Positions 44,696 to 57,120 of a stretch of DNA of 64,000 nt are shown here, one piece after another. The stretch's first letter is position 1. The number at the start of each line of letters is the position of its first letter. Origin of the DNA: Octopus vulgaris (lineage: Eukaryota). The stretch covers positions 7,440,001 to 7,504,000 of the forward strand of contig OX597829.1 of NCBI GenBank assembly GCA_951406725.2. Reading direction: 5' to 3'. The notes under the pieces are model-generated. The model did not search any database, was not told the DNA's origin, and saw nothing but the letters and a program-made list of their open reading frames with translations. The position numbers were made by a program, and so were the translations under genes.

Positions 44696-44950
44696 AGAAG
44701 AAGAAGAAGAAGAAGAAGAAGAAGAAGAAGAAGAAGAAGAAGAAGAAGAAGAAGAAGAAGAAGAAGAAGAAGAAGAAGAAGAAGAAGAAGAAGAAGAAGA
44801 AACAACAAAAGTTATAAAACAAATGAAATCCAAACTAAAAATAGAACAGCAACGAACCATGATAAAACGATGGCAAGAAAAGCCCCTTCATGGTAAATAC
44901 TGGACAAAACTAAACGCAAAAGAAATAGACAAAGAAAAATCCCAGCAATG
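41611..44950 (+). mobile_element. R4/Dong family A, near full-length 5' portion (N-terminal region plus complete RT), frameshifted, native 3' end missing
   Basis: RRKLTREEYISILYAYF, KAQRIRRYEKRQRFFEQNKKF, NWKAPGHDKIPNFWLK, YRPITCL, EQKGCRKGSYGCKDQL, WIDYKKAFDSIPH, GIFQGDTLSPLLF, YMDDLKL. Starts directly after (TAA)n. Confidence 0.96.
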
Positions 44951-44972
44951 GTGGTGGTGGTGGTGGTGGTGA
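43458..44972 (+). pseudogene. R4/Dong reverse transcriptase domain ORF with in-frame poly-Glu
   Basis: 504-aa ORF carrying the RT core motifs. The upstream parts are separated by frameshifts or stops (~42350, ~42810, ~43050, ~43450). Confidence 0.9.
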
Positions 44973-45039
44973 TGGTGGTGATGGTGATGGTGATGGTGAT
45001 GGTGATGGTGATGGTGATGATGATGATGATGATGATGAT

Positions 45040-46017
45040 GATATTCTGAATAATAAATGGCAAGAAAAACCTCTCTATGGCAAATACCCAAAGAGAGCGA
45101 ATAATGCAGATTTTGACAAAGCCCTGACCCATCAATGGTTAATGGCCTCTGGCTTAAAATCTGAAACAGAAGGGTTTATCATAGCAGCTCAAGATCAATC
45201 CCTACCAACAAGAAACTATCAGTCCAACATATTAAAGCACGGCAGTAGCCCAACATGTCGTGTATGCCGACAACAAAATGAAACCATTGATCATATTGTC
45301 TCCAAATGCAGTCTTCTAGCGCCCACAGAGTACCTCAACAGGCATGATAGAGCTGCACAATATATTCACTGGGTAATTTGCAAAAACCTGGATTTGCCCC
45401 ATGAAAAAAACTGGTGGGAACACAATCCACCTCCAGTGCTTGAAAATGACCACATCTCATTCCTCGGGAACTTTACCATCCAAACTGACAGAAAGATAGA
45501 TGCAAATAGGCCAGACATTATATTGAAAGACTTCAGACAAAGAACATGCCTCCTCATTGATATGACTGTCCCAATCGATATAAACGCATCTGTCAGGACC
45601 TACCAAAAACTGAGCAAATATAAAGATCTTGAAATAGAAATCAGCAAAATGTGGAACCTGAAGACTAAAACAATGCCTGTTGTCATAGGTGCCCTGGGAA
45701 TGATAGCGAAAGGGGTTGATTGCTACCTAACTCAGATACCAGGAAACCCCAAAATGGCAGAAATTCAAAAGATAGTGCTCGTGGGAACTGCTCATATCCT
45801 ACGCAAAATACTCTATATGTGATCCCAAGGTTTAAAACAAACTTTTTTTTAAAATTTATGTATTAGACATTCACTAGTACAACACCAAACACCCCCTCCC
45901 CCCAATATATGGCACACTAGGCATAACAACAACGTGAACTTCCAGCCTGTTGTCTGGTGAGGTCTCTGGGTGAGACTTGGGGTCAACTTGTACAGACATA
46001 AAGCAAAAGTCAAACAT
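45040..46017 (+). mobile_element. R4/Dong family B, 3' part (open CCHC plus RLE ORF 45142-45822)
   Basis: Closely similar to 38056-39118; followed by (TAA)n. Confidence 0.95.
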
Positions 46018-46025
46018 ATAATAAT

Positions 46026-46097
<72 letters not shown>

Positions 46098-46104
46098 TAG
46101 CAGT

Positions 46105-46154
46105 AGTACAGCTGACACTGTAGTACATCTCCAGCGTTAGAAGCTGTGCAAAGG
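46105..46154 (+). mobile_element. R4/Dong family D, ~50-bp extreme 3' tail
   Basis: ctgacactgtagtacatctccagcgttagaagctgtgcaaag matches 35213-35254. Confidence 0.8.
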
Positions 46155-46224
46155 AAAGAAGAAGAAGAAGAAGAAGAAGAAGAAGAAGAAGAAGAAGAAG
46201 AAGAAGAAGAAGAAGAAGAAGAAG

Positions 46225-46256
<32 letters not shown>

Positions 46257-46335
46257 GAACAAGAACAAGAAGAAGAAGAAGAAGAAGAAGAAGAAGAAGA
46301 AGAAGAAGAAGAAGAAGAAGAAGAAGAAGAAGAAG

Positions 46336-46366
<31 letters not shown>

Positions 46367-46446
46367 GCAACAACAACAACATCGAAAATACCAAAATACC
46401 TTAGGAATGAGAATTTACCCAAGACACTTGATGAAGGCTGGAGGGA

Positions 46447-46595
46447 ATTTTTTACTTTATAAACTACATGTCCGAACAATATTTACATTTGATGGATATT
46501 TGTCGTCATCTTGTTTGTTAACAACAAACAAGATGAGGACAAATATCCGTCAAATGTAAATATCGTTCGGACATGTAGTTTATAAAGTAAAAAAT
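46447..46595. repeat. Near-perfect 149-bp palindrome (73-bp arms, 3-nt loop, 3 mismatches)
   Basis: Direct comparison of the two arms. Confidence 0.95.
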
Positions 46596-47073
46596 ATAGA
46601 AACTGCATTCCACATAAATGCCAGTAAAATGATCCTCGTATAAAACACTTCTTGATTTATGCCTCCTGCTCTAGTGCTTGACAAAATATTAGGGGTTCTA
46701 GGAAAGCCAGAAATTAGTGTCTTTATGGATTTTAGAATACTGTCAGATAGGACAATAGGCAATCAACCCAGGAGAAATGAATAGCTAAGTTTGCCTCGGT
46801 CGAATGCGAACTTAAAATGTAAAGAAGCAGAAGAAATAAAAACGCAAGACAACTTTTTCGGCGGCAGCAGCGGAGGTGGTGGCGGCGGTGGAGGTGGTGG
46901 TGGCCTCGATGATGGTGGCGGATGCTGCTACTGCTGCTGCTGCCGCTGCTGCTGCTGAAGATGATGATAATGATGACAGCTATATTTTCTTCATTATGCA
47001 CACAACCATTAAAAAAGTGGCATTAAGACGAACTTATATATAAAACAATAAAAATGACTACATATCAGCATGA

Positions 47074-47127
<54 letters not shown>

Positions 47128-47150
47128 GTACCCAACATACATATACACAC

Positions 47151-47204
<54 letters not shown>

Positions 47205-47266
47205 GCATATATACTCGCATACAATATGATGACTACATACACCTTTGCATACATATCAAAATCCTT

Positions 47267-47357
<91 letters not shown>

Positions 47358-47409
47358 TTAATAACAACAACAACAACTGCAACTATAACAACCCTAACAA
47401 CAAATATTT

Positions 47410-47640
47410 TTGATGGAATTACATTACTAGATTGCAGCCTAAGCGAACTGGAAGAAATTGGCCGTATAACTTGAAAAGCTAATCAAGAAAGAACAATATT
47501 TATAAAAACACCATAAACCTGATCTAGAAAATGTCTATATTATTATGAAAACAAAAGACTGGATGGTTAGAGTTTCTGAATATCGCAAGGCAATTATTAA
47601 ACAACAATCAAATATATCTGTGACGCCTATTACTTTGCAA
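47410..47640 (+). mobile_element. Very old R4/Dong RT-thumb remnant
   Basis: [28 protein letters not shown] aligns loosely to NWSITEICQLDRKIRK..HHPKADTERLY. Follows (TAA/CAA)n. Confidence 0.45.
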
Positions 47641-47729
47641 ACTTGAATAAGAAAAAGCAATCGATACTCATTGCTGAATGGGATTTTACTCAATATAGGA
47701 TATCTTCTTTCAGTCAGTCAGACAGACAG

Positions 47730-47824
<95 letters not shown>

Positions 47825-50800
47825 CGGATGGATAGATAGATAGACAGATGAAATATAAATAAGAAACAGAAAGATAAATAAATGATAAAAATTTGACGAA
47901 GCAATTATAAAAACTCCATTAAATACTAATATGATATTGTACAATATTTAAAAGGAAAGAAATAAAATAAAAAGAAAAAGAAAGATTAAATGAATGAATG
48001 ATAGAATGGTAAATGTGTGAAATGAAATAAAAGTCTAAGTGCTAATATCGGTTTCTTTTGATTAAATGAATGGTTGTAAATTTTAGAGCGAGGTTCTACA
48101 ACAGACTGAATAAAGCAATGTTTCTCGTTTCTGTTTTACTGACGTCCCTTATAAGTGAGACGTAAATTTAACCAACATTCAACGTTAGCTTTCATTAATT
48201 TCTCATGTTTCACTAGTTGTTTTTGTATTTTTGTTTTTAATTAATTAATTAATTTATTATAAATTAGAAATTTGCAATGTCCAAGCCTTTCTCAAACGAG
48301 CTTTAAAATAAAAATTTAAAACATCTTGAAAGGAGAATTAAAACTGAATTCAGGTTTCCTTCCAGTATGAACTTCAATTTTTTTCTTCAAAGACCCAATA
48401 TTAAGTTAGTACTGCTTTGTTCAGATAAATGCAAAGACATTTAGATTGAACCAATTTAATCATACAATAAATACGAAGATCATCAATCCTGGTGATGAAA
48501 ACCCAATCCTTTCCTAACCAGACCAGAAATGAAAAAGCAAACGGTTAAAACTAAATAGCGCGTTGCGTTTAATTTTCTGTGCTACACGTCTGGCCAGGTC
48601 TACCTACGTATCTGCCCTTTATCAAGAACTTATATTGTGAATAGCTGTGAGCGAACCCGAATAAAGACTTATAGGAGATGAATCATTAGTGATTCCTGTT
48701 TTTTAGTGAGCTCAGAGAAATACTGAAGAACACCGAAACCTAGGTCTGGTTTTGACATTCACTTGTTATAATCTTTATGCTTTGCTCAAGAGAGTCTATT
48801 TTCCCATTAACTTTCGTTCTCCGAAGCTGATGCGTTTTGTAAAGATGAAGAAGACAAAGCAACACATGTGTTGTCGCTGACCGTTATTTCAATATTTGTA
48901 ATTAGTCAAACTGAGATGTCAGTAGGATATCGAGAGTGGTTGTATTGGACACTGACATTTATATGTGAGCTGTTTTTGTTGTTAATTTTCCATATGAACC
49001 GTTTCGTAAAACAAGATGAGCGAGTTTAACGAAATCCAGATTATTTTAAAGCGAATTTCAGAATAAAGAGTGCAGTCATTGGTGAGGAGACTTAATAGTG
49101 AAGTGGTGACAAATTTATTATGAATTCGTTTTGAGTGGGTCTTTAGGTTTCGGCTGACGGCTTATTCAACCAGACGAGTTAAACTAACCATCAAGTGAAA
49201 TCTGAAGTCCTAATGAAAATGAGTTTCAAATGTGTGGCTATGTGTGTGTGAGTATGCGTGAGTGTTTTTGCATGTATGTATATAAGTATATAGACAAGGC
49301 TGAGTGTTTAAGAGGAAAACATCATTACGAGGCAAGAGAGAGATTACTAGATATGCCGAGTTCTAACGTGTTTATAGCTTCTTTTTTAGTTACTAAATGA
49401 TAACATGGCATCGTGCTTCTTTTTTTATTCAAATATTATATATTTGCATTTGATTTCCTGATGAAAATCCTAAATCTAGACTGACGCGTCTAAATGATTT
49501 TTGAATGAATGTACCACTTAGTATACGGTTGTTACTGTTGTTTAGCCACAGGCGAGGCCTAACCAAAAAGGTCTGTGATCAAGGACAACAAAAAACAACC
49601 GTCCACCCGTGTTGTACTACACTATCTAACTTCTTTCTGTTTTCTGCTGTTTTTTTTTAGACAGTAAGTTATGATTTGAGAGAAACTGAGCCACGAGATA
49701 GAGTATTCTTATTAGATGATCGTTTAGTTATTGTTTACTGTCAAACGTGTGCATATAAGACTATATTTACCTATTTACATGTCACCGTTGGCTATGACTT
49801 AAAAATGATTAGACAATTATTTCTAGCATGTTAAGCAAATGTGTTTAAGCTTCCCTCCTCACCCACTCAGCACTGATCTTCTTGTTATTGCTTATCCATA
49901 CGTCGGCCATGCTGTACAGCTATGATCAAAGATGTTTCAGGGACGACCACTTCGTCATTGTTGGAGATATACACCACTATACCATTCTGCATTTGAAAGT
50001 ATGGACATTTTTTCCACTTTCTGCATTGTTTATTCTCTGCACAATATTTTGTTCTATGGTGACGACGTATCAAAGTTGTTAGAGAATAGAAAACAGTAAC
50101 TTGCAGTATTAGTTCCGGCACTATGCACAATCTGCACAAGGATTTCGAGTTACACCGATCGCATCTCTCTCATTCATCATTTTCTAATCGATAAATAAAG
50201 TACTAGTCCGTGACTGTGAAACGGTAACGATAGAATTGTGAATCTGTGTTTGCCCCTTGCCCTTTCCTTGGGACAATAACAGTGGCATGGAGAGGAGAAG
50301 AGACACTTGCATACAAAGGCAACTGGTGGTCTTCCATTACAGAAAGTGAAAAATCTTGTCCATGCTTTCATTCTGTTACAGATTTATGTTCTCACAAGAA
50401 TAATAACAACCCTAGATGTATGAATATTTCGCTGCAGCGAACTTAGCAGAGCTAAGTCATATAAGCAGAGACATAGCGAACTTATAACAGAAAGCTGCAG
50501 TAAATACCGCGTTGTTTTCAATTGGATGCTGTAACACCTCAGCTAATTCGCTACTTTTGATTTTTCTTTTTTCTTTTTTAGAATTCTTTTAACTTTTATT
50601 TTTTCTCCTGAATACTCTTACTTCAATATTCTTTTGCAGAATGTTTTGCCTATATTTAGATTCTGAAAACAAATATATTTTATTTGGATTATTACTTTTT
50701 CTCGTGGCTTAGCAAGCTGTTAACCGCTCTATTGTTTCAGATTTCTGTTTTAATTTCCTTAATTATACACCATTTAGTTTTTGTATGTGGGTGGGTGCCT

Positions 50801-51668
50801 TTAATGGTATTGTTGTAGTTAGTTGTGAGATTGGTGGGGCGTAATTCTAGTTGTTGTTGTCGCTGTTACTGTTGTTGATGTTGATGCTGTTGTTGTTCTC
50901 ATTGTTGTTATTGTAGTTGATGCTGTTGCTTAGTCTTGTGTCACACTTATTGAGCGAACGTGTAATCAAAGGACAATCGGGAGTCTTTTTTTTGGGGGGG
51001 GGGGCGGTTTCACAACAGAAAGATTACATAAAGCAGCGAACTGACTAAGGCGTTTAATGGTCGGATAGCCTTACAGAATTTCTACAGTCTCATTGCAAAA
51101 ATCTCACCGAGACTCATCGGACTCTATAAAATAGTACAAGTCGACTAATTGCACCAGCCCCCCTCTCCCCCATCCCCCTCTCTCTCTCTCTCTCTAAGTG
51201 CACCTTAAAAAGAGTCGTAGAATATCATTCATACAGTCCCTTTTCACGGATAAAGGAGACTGTTTTAGCGAGGTTGGGTTGGTAAGGTCTCTTAGTTAAT
51301 TGCAGCTGGGACCTTCCCAACCAGGATCGCTATTACTCAGTGTGGAAATAAGAAGGAACTTAAACAAGGGCTGGGGCTATAAGGGATGTTTGATCGCCTT
51401 TTCTAAGGAGTCGACAGGCGAAATTGAGGAGCATTTACCGACCAAACTTTACGAAAGAAGCAAAAGAAAAAGGGCTTTTATGCCATCATGATCACTCCTT
51501 GTCTTTAGAAGGTTTCGTGTAGGTAGGGCTACTTCATCATAAATTCCGTTCCCCTTTTTAGTTATCGTAATGTGCATTTTGATAGAGATTTTTAGCTGCT
51601 ATATGGAAAAGGTTAGGCAATCTAATAGACTCACACTCCGTCCACATTTGTTCTCTCTCCATCGCTTT

Positions 51669-51742
<74 letters not shown>

Positions 51743-51745
<3 letters not shown>

Positions 51746-51985
51746 TCTACCTACCGGCTAATCTATCTGTCTACATGTATGTCTGTCTATCTGTTTATTC
51801 AACTATTTGCCTGTCGGTCTGCCAATCCACCTATCTGTCTCTCTGTCTCTCTGTCTCCATGTATGTCTGCCTATATATTTATCTATCTTTTAGCCTGCCG
51901 GCCTGCCTATCTATTTGTGTGTCTCGCTGTCTATCTGTCTACCTGTATGTCTGTCTATCTATTTATCTATCTTTTTGCCTGTCGG

Positions 51986-52078
<93 letters not shown>

Positions 52079-52228
52079 GTCTCACTGTCTATCTGTCTAC
52101 CTATAATGTCTGTCTATATATTTATCTATCTTTTTGCCTGTCGGTCTATCTATCTATAAATCTGTCTCACTGTCTCTCTGTCTACCTGTATGTCTGTCTA
52201 TCTATTTATCTATCTTTTTGCCTGTCGG

Positions 52229-52313
<85 letters not shown>

Positions 52314-52324
52314 ATATCTATCTA

Positions 52325-52365
<41 letters not shown>

Positions 52366-52564
52366 GTCTCACTGTCTATCTGTCTACCTATAATGTCTGT
52401 CTATATATTTATCTATCTTTTTGCCTGTCGGTCTATCTATCTATAAATCTGTCTCACTGTCTCTCTGTCTACCTGTATGTCTGTCTATCTATTTATCTAT
52501 CTTTTTGCCTGTCGGTCTGCCAATCTATCTATTTGTCTCTGTCTGTCTACATGTATGTCTGTCT
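51743..52564. repeat. Complex TCTA/TCTG-based satellite, 5' flank of the Tx1-like element
   Basis: Units containing ttttgcctgtcggtct and acctgtatgtctgtcta, with ~300-bp duplicated blocks. Confidence 0.9.
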
Positions 52565-55500
52565 CACCCATACACAACACCACCAGACCACATCAAAATA
52601 ATACACATCTCCAAAAGTCTGCACCACACACTCAAAGGCATTTTCCCCAGTGCGGTTGGTAAATGCCAAAAATATCTCACAAAGAAACTGTACTGGGATC
52701 TCCTCGAGGACAAACCAACGGAGGAGAAAGCAAAAACGTTCGAGCAGTAAGTAACCCTCTGTTCCTTTCACTTGTATTCTAATTCATTAGGATTATGATC
52801 AAGATCGGTTGTGTAAATGCGCGTGGCTTGGGGTCCCCTTGGAAACAAGGGTACCTCTTAAATGACATAAAGTCACATAAGTTAGAAATCATAGCCATAA
52901 GTGAGACCAGACTCCACAATCCGCGGGCCCTAAAGACCATGTTTGGCGGACAGTTCAACATTTATTTTTCCCCCTGTCTGCCAAGAATGGGAGGTAGTGG
53001 CACCGCGGTACTTTTTCGCAAGAGACTGGATCTCAAAGTAAAGACAATATTCGTAGACCCGGAGGGTAGACTGGTCGTTCTGGATGTCGACGGCAGCAAT
53101 GGGTTCTCTTTTCGACTCGTGTCAGTCTACGCATCTCTTTTAACAGGTCGGGCGGATTTCTTTCAACGTCTAGAAGTATTCTTGGGAACGTCTCGTCCTT
53201 TACTCTTAGTGGGGGATTGGAATGCTACCTTGGACATGCATGTAGACTACGTGGGTAGAGATAGGAATAGACGGGCATGCAAATGCCTCAGAGACCTGCT
53301 CAGACGCTTTCAACTGTCTGACAGGTTCCGACTAGACCACCCGAATGCGCCAACGTGGACATGGAGCAACCGCATCGGGTGGTCAAGATCGTATCTAGAT
53401 AGGATACTGTGTAGGACAGTAGATAGAGATAGCATAGGATGTCCACAATTCCACATAGTCAGCTACACGGATCACAAACTTGTGACATGTACGCTAGACT
53501 TAGGTAAGACACTTAGGCAGGGTCCTGGATACTGGAAACTAAACGCGTCTTTCCCATCGAGACAGGTTTTCAGAGACCGGATTAGCACACTAGTAAAGAG
53601 GGCTTTGACGGGAGCCATCATCAACAACAAATGGTGGTTTGCCCTCAAGAGAGCAGTAAAAGCAGAAGCGATTAGGTACAGCAAAGCACTAGCCATAGAT
53701 AGAAATAGAGTAGAGGGTGAGCTAGTTAAGAAGCTAGAAGAGGCAATTAGAAGCGGCATCGCATCCGACGTTTTGGCGGCGAGGTTGGCCCTCAACCATC
53801 ACTTCAACGCCAAACAAGAAGAGTGTGCTGTCAGAGCTAGGATGCGTGCTCTAAGGAACGAAGGTGTTGGAGCCGCGAGAGAGGCCCGGGTGGCAGAGGC
53901 GCAACAGGGCAACAAAGCCACCATTCGGTCTCTGGGAGATGAACAGGGGCGCGAATTGATCGAGGCAAGTAAAATGTGTGAGGCCTTTCAACAGCATTTT
54001 GCCCGACTGTTCAGGACGAGTGACGGGCAAGAACGTAGGGTGGACTTCAATGCCTACCTACACAGCCTACCACGACTCTCGACAAGAGAGGTAGGGTGCT
54101 GCGATGGTGCCATCACGGCGGCGGAAGTGCAGGACGCCATGGCAGAATGCTCGGGGGACAAATCGCCGGGTTTGGATGGTCTACCCTACGAGCTTTACAG
54201 TTGTATGCCAGACTTGTTTGGAGACGTCTTGGCAGCGGTGTACTGCAACTGGCAGCAAAACGGGAGCATTCCTGGTTTTGTGAGCCGAGGAGCCGTAACA
54301 CTGCTGAAGAAAGATCTAAACAAGAGAAATGTAATAGTTAACTTTAGGCCCATCACTCTGCTTAATGCAGACTTGAAAATTTTGGCCGAGGTGTTAGCCA
54401 AGAGGTTGGCGCTTGTCATCGAGAAACTGGTCGACAAGGCGCAAACGTGCGCCGTGCTGGGCCGGACCATCCATGTCAACCTCCACCTGATGCGCAACAT
54501 CAGAGACAGGGTAGTTAACGAACCTGGCATGGGTGGGGCGCTGATCAATTTGGATCAATCGAAAGCTTTCGATAGGGTAGACTATCGATACTTGGAGGCG
54601 GTCCTTAGAGCGGCTGGCTTCGGTCCCGTCTTCCGCGGCTGGATAGCCGCTTTGTACAGAGGCATCCGTTCGGTAATTCGCGTAAAATGGACATCTATCG
54701 AGACCTTTCGACATCGCACGTTCGGTCCGTCAGGGATGCCCCCTCTCGTCGCTTCTATACGTATTGACTCTCGAGCCACTATTGCGGAAGCTGGCAACTC
54801 TGAGGGGCATCCCGCGAGAACTGGGAAGCGGGACGAGCGTGTCTGCATACGCGGACGACGTCACCGTCATAGTGTCTAGCCACGAGCACATCGAGCAGGT
54901 CGGCGAGACACTGAAAAAATACGAAGCGGTGACAGGAGCAAAAATCAACCGGGAAAATCAGTGGGCTTGCGACTAGGTACCTGGAGAAGCAAGCCCATGC
55001 CGTCCACCAGCGCCTCCGTTGTGGGACGCTGGACCGACGGTCCGGTCGAGATGCTCGGGGTCTGGTTCGATCCGGACCTCCAAATGGAGAAAAACTGGAA
55101 CGAGATAACGAGTAGGGTGGTCACTCTCGCCCGGCAATGGGCCGAGAGGAAACTGTCCCTAAAAGGTCGGGCGGAGGTGGCGAACACGTACATCGCGTCC
55201 GTCATCTAATACCGCCTGACCGTCGTGCCTTGTCCCGACCCTACCATCACCAAACTAGAACGCATTCTCTTTCGCTTCTTGTGGAAAGGATGCGTCCCGA
55301 TGGTCAGGCGATCCATTTGCTGTCAACACCCGTTAAAAGGAGGACTGGGCATGCCGTGGTTGATGATGCGCAGACACGCGCTGAGACTGCGACATCTCAG
55401 GCTCTTCGTAGACGACGGCGAACAGGTGTGGTCGCCGTTTGTGAGGCACGCTTTCCCGCAGCTCGTCTCCTTGACCGAACTGCAATCTTGGATCAAAAAG

Positions 55501-56620
55501 AGGCCGAGGAAGTGCGAATGGCACCGCGAGTGTCGCGTTGCTCTCAAGCAACTCTACCGTCCTGGGTCAACCTTGAGTGACTCCATCACAACCAAAGCAT
55601 TCTATAGGGGATTAGTGGAGGGGAGGCACGACGACGAGCTCGGGGCGAACCTGGACGTCGACGAGGAATACCTGACCCGCCTGTTCGGGACGACTTTCGG
55701 GCCAGGGCCCATGGACAACTTCCAGAGGGCCTTGGCCTGGCAGTGCTACCGTTCGGGATAAGCTCTACAGACACGGCTCGAGAAACACGGGGCCGACCTG
55801 CTCGAGATGCGGTCAGAGCGACGAAACCGTTCTGCACGCACTCGTGCAGTGTCCAACAATTTCCGACTATGGGCTTATGTCGAACAACTGCTGTCACGTG
55901 TGGGCCGAGTCGGTTTATCAGCTGAGTCTATCGTCAATATTGTCACGCCTCCTTCCTTCAAACGAGGAGGAAGAGCTATTTTCATCATCCTTGTGGCTAT
56001 GGCGAAAGAATGTATCTGGTGGACGCGTCTGAAAGGATTGGAGACAAACACTTTCCTCTCTGGTCAATCTCTCATCAACTTCTTCAAGTACCACTTGAAA
56101 AGGAAAGTGAGAGTAGAGAGGCAAGTTTTGTCTAGCGAACGTTTCAAAAAAAGATGGGTGAATGTAGCAAGGATGGCACGTATGAATGACGAAGCCACCT
56201 TGAGCATAATCCTAGGAACGCAGAAATTGAAAACAGAGGGTTACCCACTTGCAAACAAATGTGGTAACATATAACAATATTGACCAAGGTCACCGTGGTC
56301 TTTTTCGTAGACTTTTCTTCCCACGGATAAACCTTACTTGCTTTCCCCTTTACACCATACATCATGACAGTGATACACGATCCCTATTTTTTTTCCTCTT
56401 CCCCTTTTTTCCTCTTTTCTCTTATTTTTTCTTTTTTCTTTTCTTTTGTTCCTTTTCCCTTTTTTCTTTTTTCGCTTTTCCTTTCTTCTTCTTTTTTTCT
56501 TTTCTTTTTGTTCTTTTTTCCCTTTTACGGTCCCTTTTGATCGAAAACCTACCCCAAAAGAAAAGCTCTACCTTGTAACTTGTCCCATCTGTGTGCAGCC
56601 CCGTGTGGCCAATAAAGAAA
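52565..56620 (+). mobile_element. Tx1/L1-type LINE: ORF1 C-terminus, complete but disrupted ORF2 (APE-RT-CCHC) and 3' UTR
   Basis: MIKIGCVNARGL, ISETRL, VGDWNA, SYLDRI, TDHKLV, WKLN (APE); KSPGLDGLP, FRPITLLNADLKILA, DQSKAFDRVD, QGCPLS, YADDV (RT); CSRC..H...C. Ends gccaataaagaaac. Clade assignment within L1/Tx1 is by motif resemblance. Confidence 0.95.
52795..56220 (+). pseudogene. Tx1-like ORF2 (endonuclease / reverse transcriptase)
   Basis: Open for ~630 codons, then frameshifts (~54686, ~54960, ~55750, ~55870) and a stop at ~55207. Confidence 0.9.
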
Positions 56621-57120
56621 CTTTTAGCCTCTCGGACTACCAATCTACCTATCTGTCTCTGTCTGTCTACCTGTATGTCTGCCTATTTATTTATCTATCT
56701 TTTAGCCTGTCGGTCTGCAAATCTACCTATCTGTCAATCTTTCTGTCTACCTGTACGTCTGTCTATCTATTTATCTACCTTTTTGCCTGTCGGTCTGCCA
56801 ATCTACCTATCTGTCTCTGTCTGTCTACCTGTATGTTTGTCTATGTCTATCTGTCTCTCTACCTCTATGTCTGCCTAAATATTAATCTATCTTTTAGCCT
56901 ATCGGTCTGCCAATCTACCTATCTGTCTATCTATCTGTCTACGTGTTTGTCTGTCTATATATTTATCTATATTTTTGCCTGTCGGTCTATCTATCTATAT
57001 ATCTGTCTCACTGTGTCTCTGCCTACCTGTACGCCTGTCTATCAATTTATCTATCTTTTAGTCTGTCGGTCAGCCAATCTACCTATCTGTCTCTCAGTCT
57101 GTCTACTTGTATATCTCTCT

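Noticed and set aside
41890-45822. An intact, active Dong element
   Set aside because: Several frameshifts or stops, and the 3' part comes from a different family.
48000-51600. Largest unique block as a possible gene
   Set aside because: Only short ORFs without motifs; appears to be intronic or intergenic sequence with old repeat traces (49540, 49900, 50930, 51030).
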